58,944 bases of DNA from an uncultured Desulfococcus sp. (GTDB lineage: Bacteria > Desulfobacterota > Desulfobacteria > Desulfobacterales > Desulfococcaceae). Below are positions 37,331 through 45,619 of the stretch, piece after piece. The notes beneath the pieces are model-generated. The model saw only the letters and a program-made list of their open reading frames with translations. It ran no database searches and had not been told where the DNA came from. Location: NCBI GenBank assembly GCA_913060435.1, contig CAJXSB010000001.1, forward strand, positions 1-58,944. The letters run 5' to 3'. The translations under genes were made by a program, and so were the position numbers. Each line of letters opens with the position of its first letter. Positions within the stretch are counted from its first letter, which is position 1.

Positions 37331-38375
37331 TCAGGGCGAACACCGGCTGGCCCGTCTTCAGGTTCAGCTCCAAGAGGGATTTGCGGGTGATCCGGGCCCA
37401 GAGGGAGCACCCGATCTCCACCCGAACGTCCAGAACAGGTCCCCCAAGATCCACCATCTCGCGGATCTCCCCCGGAAAGATGTTCAGGAAGCTGGTGCGG
37501 GAGGGCGGTTCCAGCGCGATGGCCACATGGCGCGAGGAAATGCGCACCCGGACCGGTTCCCCTTTTTCGGCGTCGATGGATAGTACCTTGAGGATGCGAT
37601 CGCCGAAGCGCAGGTGGGTGAGGCCGAAGGCGTCCTCCGGCTCCTTCACGACGGTGGAGATGACCGACTCGCTCTCGGCACGCCCGAGATGGGGCTGCAG
37701 GTCCGACCGGGAGAGCAGCGCCTCCAGATCGCCGTCGGCGAGGACCCGGCCCTCCCGGATCATGACCATGCGGGCGGCCAGATTGAGGATCTCGTCCAGG
37801 GCATGGCTGACGTAGAGGACCGGGATGGCAAATTCCCGGGCCAGCCGCACAATGAAGGGCAGCACCTCGGCCTTGCGGGCCGGGTCCAGGGAGGCGAGGG
37901 GTTCGTCCATGAGCAGCATGGCCGGGCTGGTCAGGAGGGCCCGGCCGATGGCCACCCGCTGCTTTTCTCCGCCGGAAAGCCTGGACGGGCGGCGGTGGAG
38001 CAGATGGCCGATGCCCAGCAGGTCTACCACTGGATCGAATTCGACGAAGCGCCGGTCTTTCGGGGTGAGGCGCATCCCGTAGGTGAGGTTGGCCCGCACC
38101 GACAGGTGGGGGAGGAGGCGGCCCTCCTGAAATACATAGCCGATGCGGCGCTTTTCCGGCGGCAGGTGGATCTTCCGGGCCGAATCGAAAAGGCGGAGGC
38201 CGTTGACGGCGATGCGGCCGGCATCAGGCTTTTGGAGGCCTGCCACCATGTTGACGATGGAGGTCTTCCCTGCGCCGGAGGGGCCGAAAAGGGCTGTCAC
38301 CCCGGACGCTGCGCCCTGGAACGCGACATTCAGCCGGAAATTTCCCTGGGTGTGATCGAGGCGGATCTCCAGCAC
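37284..38375 (-). CDS. modC: Molybdate ABC ATPase ModC
   Basis: GPSGAGKT, RRIGYVFQE, LSGGEKQR, MDEPLASLD, C-terminal TOBE domain ending ALIKSV. Confidence 0.93.
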   Translation of the reverse strand: MLEIRLDHTQGNFRLNVAFQGAASGVTALFGPSGAGKTSIVNMVAGLQKPDAGRIAVNGLRLFDSARKIHLPPEKRRIGYVFQEGRLLPHLSVRANLTYGMRLTPKDRRFVEFDPVVDLLGIGHLLHRRPSRLSGGEKQRVAIGRALLTSPAMLLMDEPLASLDPARKAEVLPFIVRLAREFAIPVLYVSHALDEILNLAARMVMIREGRVLADGDLEALLSRSDLQPHLGRAESESVISTVVKEPEDAFGLTHLRFGDRILKVLSIDAEKGEPVRVRISSRHVAIALEPPSRTSFLNIFPGEIREMVDLGGPVLDVRVEIGCSLWARITRKSLLELNLKTGQPVFALIKSVAVSSGPSDACR

Positions 38376-38378
38376 GGG

Positions 38379-39077
38379 CTAACCTTCCATGCGGGCGGCA
38401 AAGCGGCGCGCCAGAATTTCGGAGCAGACCAAGGCCGCCATGGCGATCAGCACGGAAAGGATGCAGAGCCGCATGGCGCCGGCCTCGCCGTCGGGGACCT
38501 GGGTCAGGGTGTAGAGGGCCAGGGGCAGGGTCTGGGTCTGGCCCCGGATGTTGGAGACGAAGGTGATGGTGGCGCCGAACTCCCCCAGGCTGCGGGCAAA
38601 GGCGAGGATAACCCCGGTGATGATGCCCGGGACCATCAGCGGGAGGGTGACCGTGAAGAAGACCCGCAACGGGCCGGCCCCCAGGGTGCGGGCCGCATCC
38701 TCCAGCCCCTGATCCACGCCTTCCAGGGAGAGGCGAACGGCACGGACCAGGAGGGGAAAGGCCATGACGGCGGCGGCCAGGGCAGCACCCTTCCAGTTGA
38801 AGGCCAGGACCACCCCCAGATAACGATCCAGGGCCCCTCCGATGATGCCGTTGCGGCCGAGCATCACCAGGAGCAGATATCCGATGACCACCGGCGGCAG
38901 CACCAGGGGCAGGTGGAGCATCCCGTCCAGGAGGTTCTTCCCGGGAAAGCGCAGGCGGGCCAGGACCCACGCCGCTAAAATTCCGGCCGGCAGGCTCGCG
39001 GCCACGGCCCATCCGGATACCCAGAGGCTCAGCTTGAGGGCCGCAAGCTCAACCGCCGTCAGGTGAAAGAGCGTCAT
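38379..39077 (-). CDS. modB: Molybdate ABC permease ModB
   Basis: HLPLVLPPVVIGY, LEDAARTLGA, FARSLGEFGAT and TQTLPLALY. Confidence 0.94.
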   Translation of the reverse strand: MTLFHLTAVELAALKLSLWVSGWAVAASLPAGILAAWVLARLRFPGKNLLDGMLHLPLVLPPVVIGYLLLVMLGRNGIIGGALDRYLGVVLAFNWKGAALAAAVMAFPLLVRAVRLSLEGVDQGLEDAARTLGAGPLRVFFTVTLPLMVPGIITGVILAFARSLGEFGATITFVSNIRGQTQTLPLALYTLTQVPDGEAGAMRLCILSVLIAMAALVCSEILARRFAARMEG

Positions 39078-39880
39078 TGCCGGACGTCGAATCCATATTT
39101 TTCAAAGACCGCCCGGGCGGACGGGGTGCGAAGGAATTCCAGGAAATGGGCGGCCTCTGCGACTTTCCCGCCGGCCACCGCCGCCACGGGATAGGCGATG
39201 GGCGGATGGCTGTCGTCTGGAAAGGTGCCCACCACCCGGACCTTGCTGGAGATGGCGGCGTCGGTGGCATAGACCAGTCCCAGGGGCGCCTCTCCCCGCT
39301 CCACCAGCACCAGTGCGGCGCGGACGTCCTTCATCGGCGCCAGGCGATCCTGGACGCCATCCCAGCTGCCCAGATTTTCGAGGGCCTTCCTGCCGTAGAT
39401 GCCGGCCGGCACATGATCGGGGTCCCCGACGGCGAGGCGGCCGTCCGTCCCAAGGGCAGCCGCCATTGAGAATCCTGGTGCCACGGAGATGGGCGCAAGC
39501 GTGCTCTCCGCCGGTGCGATCAGCACGATCCGGTTGCGCAGCAGGTCGAAGCGGCTCGCCTTGTCGATCCGGTCTTTATCCGCCAGAAAATCCATCCATT
39601 TCCGGTTGGCCGAGAGATAGACGTCCGCCGGCGCCCCGCTCTCGATCTGTTTGGCGAGGGTGGAGGAGGAAGCAAACGAGGGCGTGATCCGGCGGCCCGG
39701 ATTCCGGGCGGCATAGAGCGCTCCAATGTCGGTAATGGCGTTGGTGGTGGAGGCCGCGGCGAACAACAGCAAGTCGGTTTCCGCACCGGCGCCGTCTCCC
39801 ATCAAAGGATCCAGCGCCGCTCCGATCACCACCAGCACTGCCGCGACCAGCAGACGCAGCATTCGTTTTCCTGATTCCAT
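39074..39880 (-). CDS. modA: Molybdate-binding protein ModA
   Basis: FAAAS, FASSSTLAKQIESGAPADVYLSA, DPDHVPAGIY, DVRAAL, VYATDA and HPPIAYP. Confidence 0.93.
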   Translation of the reverse strand: MESGKRMLRLLVAAVLVVIGAALDPLMGDGAGAETDLLLFAAASTTNAITDIGALYAARNPGRRITPSFASSSTLAKQIESGAPADVYLSANRKWMDFLADKDRIDKASRFDLLRNRIVLIAPAESTLAPISVAPGFSMAAALGTDGRLAVGDPDHVPAGIYGRKALENLGSWDGVQDRLAPMKDVRAALVLVERGEAPLGLVYATDAAISSKVRVVGTFPDDSHPPIAYPVAAVAGGKVAEAAHFLEFLRTPSARAVFEKYGFDVRQ

Positions 39881-39928
39881 TTTTCAGTCTCTCCTTTGTG
39901 CACCATCGATGTCAAAGGCACCGGCAAA

Positions 39929-39952
39929 AAATGACGTGTTTACACGTTGTTT
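39929..39952. promoter_or_regulatory. Candidate operator between modA and the divergent regulator
   Basis: Palindrome ACGTGT-TT-ACACGT (39934-39947) flanked by AAA/TTT, next to a TTGACG at 39951. Confidence 0.4.
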
Positions 39953-40047
39953 GACGTTAACTTCTTACATATGGTATCCAGTTGAGCAACAGTTTTCTGG
40001 TCTTTTGGGAAAAATTACGCGCCGGATCTCACGGCGGGGAGGTGGCT

Positions 40048-41187
40048 TTGGCCCGACAGCATGTTGACATCCAATGCAATGTGAAGCGGTTTCGCATGGC
40101 CAAGGGGTGGTCTCAGGGGGAGTTGGCCGACAAGGTGGGAGTTCGACGTCAGGCGATTTATGACGTTGAATCCGGTCGTTATCTTCCCAATACGGCCATA
40201 TCCCTTCGAATGGCCCGCATCTTCGGCTGCCGGGTGGAGGATCTCTTTATGGAGCGGACCCCCCAGGAGGCCCAGCCTGTCCACGTGCTGGGGGGCGAAG
40301 CCGGGCCATCCAAGCGTCTGGCGCTGGGACGGGTCCGCGAACGGCTGGTCGGGCTCCCGCTTCAGGGCGAAGAATCCTTGCCGTTCGGCTTTCGGTCGGC
40401 AGACGGCCTGCTCGACCGGGATGGAAAGCGTGCGAGGGTGTTGCTCCCTTCCGATCGGCTGGAGCAGACCGTCATCCTGATGGGGTGCGATCCGGCATTC
40501 GAGATTCTCTGCCAGCATGTCTCCCGCGCGGTTCATGGCGCCCGCATTCACTGCCGCTTCGCCTCCAGTCATCAGGCCCTTGACGGCCTGGCCGGCGGCG
40601 TGGCGCACGTGGCCGGCACCCACCTTCACAATACCGGCGCAAAAGAGGCCAACGTGGCCTTGGCCCGCCGGAAACTGATGCATGTGGAAAGCCGGATCCT
40701 GGGATTCTCCCTGATGGAGGAAGGCCTGATGGTGGCCCAGGGCAATCCCATGAACATCCGCACGGTCGCCGACCTGGGCCAGCCCATGGTGCGTTTCGTC
40801 AACCGTGAGGCGGGCGCCGCGCTTCGGGTGCTGCTGGACGACCAGCTGAAGCGTTCCGGCGTCAGCCCGGATGCCGTGAACGGCTATCGATACGAGGCGG
40901 GGTCCCATCGGGAAGGCGCCTATCGCATCGCCTGCGGCGCGGCCGATGCCGCCCTGGGGCTCAAAGCCGTTGCCGAGGTGTACGGCCTGGACTTCGTGCC
41001 CATCACCGTTGCCCGATGCGATCTGGTGATCCCCGTCGAATTCGAGACGCATCCCACCGTCAGGGCCCTTATGGACGCCCTCCAGTCCGCCGCCCTCCGC
41101 AACGAGATCGACGCCCTGCCCGGCTATGACGGCGCCGCCACCGGAAAGGTGGTCGCCGAATACATGTTGAATTCCGCCGCTACCTGA
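40048..41187 (+). CDS. XRE-HTH + PBP-like (molybdate-binding-type) transcriptional regulator
   Basis: SQGELADKVGVRRQAIYDVESGRYLP HTH; GCDPA, AGTHL, FVNREAGAALR and ADAALG; divergent from modABC. Confidence 0.85.
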   Translation: MARQHVDIQCNVKRFRMAKGWSQGELADKVGVRRQAIYDVESGRYLPNTAISLRMARIFGCRVEDLFMERTPQEAQPVHVLGGEAGPSKRLALGRVRERLVGLPLQGEESLPFGFRSADGLLDRDGKRARVLLPSDRLEQTVILMGCDPAFEILCQHVSRAVHGARIHCRFASSHQALDGLAGGVAHVAGTHLHNTGAKEANVALARRKLMHVESRILGFSLMEEGLMVAQGNPMNIRTVADLGQPMVRFVNREAGAALRVLLDDQLKRSGVSPDAVNGYRYEAGSHREGAYRIACGAADAALGLKAVAEVYGLDFVPITVARCDLVIPVEFETHPTVRALMDALQSAALRNEIDALPGYDGAATGKVVAEYMLNSAAT

Positions 41188-41248
41188 TTTCGTCGATGAA
41201 AATGTCTTTGCCGATGATGGGTACACCCAGTCTTAAACGGAGGGATAA

Positions 41249-41437
41249 ATGCCCGTCATTATAAAGCGGCCTTCTATTGGAAATGATCTGTTCGACATCT
41301 GGGATTATATCGCCGATCACAGTGAAGTCCGGGTGGATGCTTTCATTGATATGTTTGAGCAGAAATTCAGGACTCTTGCTTCCAATCCGGGTTTGGGCCG
41401 GGAAGGCAGGGGGCATCCCGCCCGCACTTCTCTCTGA
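41249..41437 (+). pseudogene. Truncated RelE/ParE toxin
   Basis: DLFDIWDYIA...AFIDMFEQKFRTLASNPGLGR matches a ParE N-terminal half, then degenerates; no antitoxin gene upstream. Confidence 0.7.
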
Positions 41438-42137
41438 CCCCCGGTTTTCGGGGGCGAATTTTTATGGATGCCCCTTACGGGTGACATCCAGTACATGAGA
41501 GAAAAATAGAATACCGCAGTCGATGAAGCCCCTGCAGATGAAGGGAGGGATTCCGCAGAGGAGTGGATTTTCGGCGTTTGCGCTGCGGTGGGATTTTGAC
41601 CGTCTTCATCCATTGGGCGTGGCAGGTGCCTGTCATGAGCATGGACATAGAGTGACCGGATGCGCCGGGGCTGTCGCCCCCGCCGCGCCTTGCAGCGGGG
41701 AAACTCCTGCCTGTGGATGCCCCGATGCACATCCGGTCTGCTCTCCGCCGGTATTCAGAGAGCAAACCCTTGCGCGAGCCTTTGGATTCGGACTGCTCGG
41801 CCGCGGCTCGCGTTTCTATCGGATATAGTATCCTGCGGATTTCCATGCATTGGCGCCTGTTTTCATGAGGGTCGGGGGGGGGATTCATCGTCATCGTCCT
41901 TCTCCTCTGCAGCGGTGCGGCTGGCACCAGGATATTATGGTGCAGCGCGCACCAGGCGCTGTCAAGGCCATCCAGGTGCCCTCCGATCCTTGCGGGTGTC
42001 GGAACACCTGGCGCGCGCATACACTCGCGAAAACTGTTGATGGCGGCTGCTGCTGCATATCAGCCCAGGGGGATCATCCCAACATACACCAATTTCTTTT
42101 CCGCTGCGGTGGATCCAGTCTTCAGCAGAGAGATATC

Positions 42138-44168
42138 CTATGGCTGTTCCTGCCGGTGCTTCGCGGCAAGGCCGTTGAGGATCGCCCCCAGGGCCATGTC
42201 GACCACGCGGGGAAGGTCGGCGTCGAGCGCCGCCGCCGGGGTGTCGGCCGGCGGCACCTTGGCGATTTCCTGGGTGATCTGGCTGCACCAGGCCTGGAAG
42301 GCGCTGAGATCCGATATCAGCCCGCTTTCATACTGGTCGCTGACGGCCAAGGCCGCTTCCAGGAAGCCGGCGTAGCGTTCGTCCAGGAGGAGGCGCTCCA
42401 GCGCCGCGCCCAGGTCGCTTTGCTGCATCCCGCAGTCGCAGGCCCCTGCCAGCCCGAAGAGGCTGATGCGGCGGTCCCCGAGCCGCTGGAAGATATTTCG
42501 TCGTTCCGGGATGCCGTTCTGGTTGAAGACGGCCTCCTGCACCCCCGCATAGACGGCATCGGCGATAAGTTCACCCATCTTGGAATGCCCCCCGGCGTTG
42601 TCGATGGGGGTTCCCTCGCCTTCCACCACGATGATGTTGTCGGTGCCGGTGCCGGTGGCCGGATGGATCCGGCCGGTCTGGCTGCTGCGGATGTCCACGT
42701 CCCACAAGGCCGCGGTCTTGGCTTCGGTGGCGGAGATGACGGCCCGGTTCATGGCCCGCGGGGAGAGCCGCATGTTCGACATCAGGATCATGTTGATGGT
42801 GCCGGGCTCATAATAGGCACCGGTATCCCGGGACATCCGGACGGCGTTGGATTTGACCCCGGCCGTCACCAGGGCGACGACGGTCATCGCCTGGAAGGAT
42901 TTCCGCTGGATCGACAGGTTGTCCATGTCCGCACCCGTAAAGAGGAGGCTCGTGTCCTCAATTTTCCGGCCGATGACTGACATGAGCCGCTCCCGGGAGG
43001 CGGCGAGGCCCATGCGGTGGTAGCGCTCCCAGCACTGGGGGGGCGAATAGCTGTTCCCTACAGCCCGGATCTTCTCCCGGAAGCCCTCCAGGGTGGATGT
43101 CACGGCCATGGGGCGGGTGAAACGGACCAGCAGCGTCTTGTGGACATAGTCATAGAGCCGGGTGTCCAGGACCTCCGCCGACGCGACCCAGGGCAGCTTC
43201 AGGTCCAGCGCCCGGGATTCGACGGTGCCGTCCGGAAGGACCGTCCCTCCATCTTCACCAGCCTCTCCCAGGATGCGGCTCGACAGGCAGGAGACAAAAT
43301 AGCCCGTGCGGGTGGAGAGCCGGCAGGTCAGGTCGCACGGGAAATAGAAGATCCTGCCGTTTTTCACGGCGTCGACATCCTTCCACCCCGGCCGGTTCAA
43401 CAGTTGCTCGGCGGCATCCCGGTCGCCCCCGCAGCCGTAGATGATCTCGGGGTTGAAGGCCTTCCACTCGGCCAGGGCAACGGGAACCGTCTTGCCGGAT
43501 TTGCCAAGGGTCGGGGGGGTGCCGCCGGCGGCGCGGATCATCTCATTCTGGAAGGCACCATCGCCCGGGGTCATGACCGAATCCCTGCCCATGAAGCGGA
43601 TGACGCGCGGTCTGCTGGAGGCGGGAACCCGGTCCGCCTTCCGGGCGGTGAGCTCCAGCGAACGGGTGATGTCGTCCGACAGGGCTGCGGCCCGGTCCTC
43701 GGCCTGAAAGATCCGGCCGATCCGGTCGATGGCGTCGAACAGATCCGAGAAGGCATCGAGGCGGAGCCGGATAATCTGGACGGGCCGGCCTTCGAGTGCG
43801 GCGACCACCTCCTGGTGGAGGTCGGAGACGAAGATGACGTCCGGTTCCAGGGCCCGGATATGGTCGACGGACGGGGAAAAAAAGCCGCCCACGGTCGGTA
43901 TCCGGGAGGCTTCGGGCGGATAGTTGTCGTGGTGGGTGACACCGCAGACGGCGTCGCCGCCGCCGACGGCAAAGAGGATCTCGGTGACCGACGGCACCAG
44001 GGAGACGACCCTTCGGGGCCTGGCGGTGATGGCAACCGGGCGGTGGTCCGCATCCTCGAAGCGGACCGGATAGGACCAGGCCGACGCTGGAGGGGCCGAC
44101 AGAAAAAGCAGAGACAGCAGAAAAGCCGCCGCAGCGTTCGAAGCAAAGGATTTCATGGGCCTTTTCAT
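42138..44168 (-). CDS. cbiZ: BtuF-like binding domain fused to adenosylcobinamide amidohydrolase CbiZ
   Basis: Signal peptide; PRRVVSLVPSVTEI; then TGADMD, VTAGVKSNA, GTINMIL, TEAKTAAL and ATGTGTD (CbiZ motifs). Confidence 0.85.
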   Translation of the reverse strand: MKRPMKSFASNAAAAFLLSLLFLSAPPASAWSYPVRFEDADHRPVAITARPRRVVSLVPSVTEILFAVGGGDAVCGVTHHDNYPPEASRIPTVGGFFSPSVDHIRALEPDVIFVSDLHQEVVAALEGRPVQIIRLRLDAFSDLFDAIDRIGRIFQAEDRAAALSDDITRSLELTARKADRVPASSRPRVIRFMGRDSVMTPGDGAFQNEMIRAAGGTPPTLGKSGKTVPVALAEWKAFNPEIIYGCGGDRDAAEQLLNRPGWKDVDAVKNGRIFYFPCDLTCRLSTRTGYFVSCLSSRILGEAGEDGGTVLPDGTVESRALDLKLPWVASAEVLDTRLYDYVHKTLLVRFTRPMAVTSTLEGFREKIRAVGNSYSPPQCWERYHRMGLAASRERLMSVIGRKIEDTSLLFTGADMDNLSIQRKSFQAMTVVALVTAGVKSNAVRMSRDTGAYYEPGTINMILMSNMRLSPRAMNRAVISATEAKTAALWDVDIRSSQTGRIHPATGTGTDNIIVVEGEGTPIDNAGGHSKMGELIADAVYAGVQEAVFNQNGIPERRNIFQRLGDRRISLFGLAGACDCGMQQSDLGAALERLLLDERYAGFLEAALAVSDQYESGLISDLSAFQAWCSQITQEIAKVPPADTPAAALDADLPRVVDMALGAILNGLAAKHRQEQP

Positions 44169-44210
44169 TTAGACAATAATCCCTGTTTTCATGGTGCTCT
44201 CCTTCCTGAC

Positions 44211-45566
44211 TCAACGCCGACGACGGGCGCGGAGCATTCCCACGGCTCCTGCGGCGAAAAGCAGCAGGGGCCAGAGGCCGCCGGTGCCGCTTGCCGCCGT
44301 GCCGATGAAGCATCCGCTGCTGCCGCCGTCATCGTCCTCCGGTGCGGGATCCGGCTCCCCTTCGGTGGTGAAGACGACCCGCGTCGGGTTGAGGTTCGTG
44401 AAGATGTTTTCGTCGATGGTGTCATCTTCGGTGTTCAGGATGACGACCTCGGCGTCCGTCTGGTTGCAGACCCAGAGTCGATTCTGGTTGTCGGCATAGG
44501 TGCCGGCCTCCATGCCCGCAATGTTTTTTCCCACGAGCTCATCGTTGGCGGTGCCGAAGACATCTCCGGTGGTCGGGTTGAAGGCGTAGAGGGAGTTGTC
44601 GCCCCACCCGGCGTAGCCCACGAAGTATCCTTTTTCCGCCGAGACGATTCCCATGCCCGAGATATTGCCGTAGGGGTGGTCGTCGGCATCCCCGTCATCC
44701 AGGATCAGGGAGGCCGTATAGTCGACGGGGCTGACGGCCGCGATGCCGCCGGAATACTCCGGATCCCTGCCGGTCCAGGAGCTGCCGTAGTCCCCCGCCC
44801 CCTGGACATAGACCAGGTCCGTATCCGCGAGGTACTGAACGGTACTAGGGTTTTTTACGGGCAGGGGGATCCCCATGAGGCCGTCGCTGTTGGGAACGCC
44901 CGTATCGATCTCCGTATCCGTCGTGGTGTCGAAGACCGCGAGGTAGGCGGTATTGGACGGCACCCAGCCATTGTCGCTGTCGAGGCGCTGCATCACGATG
45001 AAAACCCGATCGTCGACGACGGCGCCGCCGCTCATCTCGGGAATGCCATCGGCGTCCGCATAGGCGCCGAGGTCCAGTTCTCCAATCTTGAATTCCGCTT
45101 GGGTGGCGGCCGACGGATTGACTATCCAGGCGATGGTCTTGCCGTACCGCAGCAGGTAGGCCTTCTGGTCACTGACGAAGAGCAGGCCATAGGGGTTGCT
45201 GCTGACGGTGTCGCCCGGGTCGAGGGTGGAAAACTGCCAGATGGGCGTATCGGGGGCGCTGATGTCGAATTTGGTGATGTTGTCCGCCTGAAACCGCTCG
45301 ATCCGGTAGAAGACGTTCTGGTATGCCGACATGGTAATGTCGGATGTCAGGGTCGGCAGCAGGTCGTTCTGGACCGTCCGGGGGCCGCCGATGGGCGCCA
45401 CCGATATGACGGAGTGGGCCGCACTGCTGTAGTCGGCGGCCACCGTTGCCACGACGGCGGTTTCGGTGACCGCGGCCGTTGCCGTACCCGAAACACCGGC
45501 GGTCATCATGAAAACAACGCCGGTGAACGCCAATACAATGTTTCTGCTCCATAATTGCTGCGTCAT
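44211..45566 (-). CDS. Exported, probably beta-propeller protein with a C-terminal sorting-like signal
   Basis: Signal peptide; repeated beta motifs (NPYGLLFVSDQKAY, IVSAEKGYF); acidic linker, GCFIGTAA, transmembrane helix and RARRRR. Confidence 0.75.
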   Translation of the reverse strand: MTQQLWSRNIVLAFTGVVFMMTAGVSGTATAAVTETAVVATVAADYSSAAHSVISVAPIGGPRTVQNDLLPTLTSDITMSAYQNVFYRIERFQADNITKFDISAPDTPIWQFSTLDPGDTVSSNPYGLLFVSDQKAYLLRYGKTIAWIVNPSAATQAEFKIGELDLGAYADADGIPEMSGGAVVDDRVFIVMQRLDSDNGWVPSNTAYLAVFDTTTDTEIDTGVPNSDGLMGIPLPVKNPSTVQYLADTDLVYVQGAGDYGSSWTGRDPEYSGGIAAVSPVDYTASLILDDGDADDHPYGNISGMGIVSAEKGYFVGYAGWGDNSLYAFNPTTGDVFGTANDELVGKNIAGMEAGTYADNQNRLWVCNQTDAEVVILNTEDDTIDENIFTNLNPTRVVFTTEGEPDPAPEDDDGGSSGCFIGTAASGTGGLWPLLLFAAGAVGMLRARRRR

Positions 45567-45619
45567 GTGCTTTTTCCTCCTTTGGGGGTTGTACGATGGG
45601 GGATGAACACCCGTTTTCT

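Noticed and set aside
39880-39980. Molybdenum-cofactor riboswitch or ModE box upstream of modA
   Set aside because: No Moco aptamer features or ModE-like site seen in this short intergenic region.
41475-42020. 181-aa ORF with MEIRRILYP resembling a universal stress protein start
   Set aside because: The similarity covers only a few residues and the rest is not protein-like; at most a remnant.
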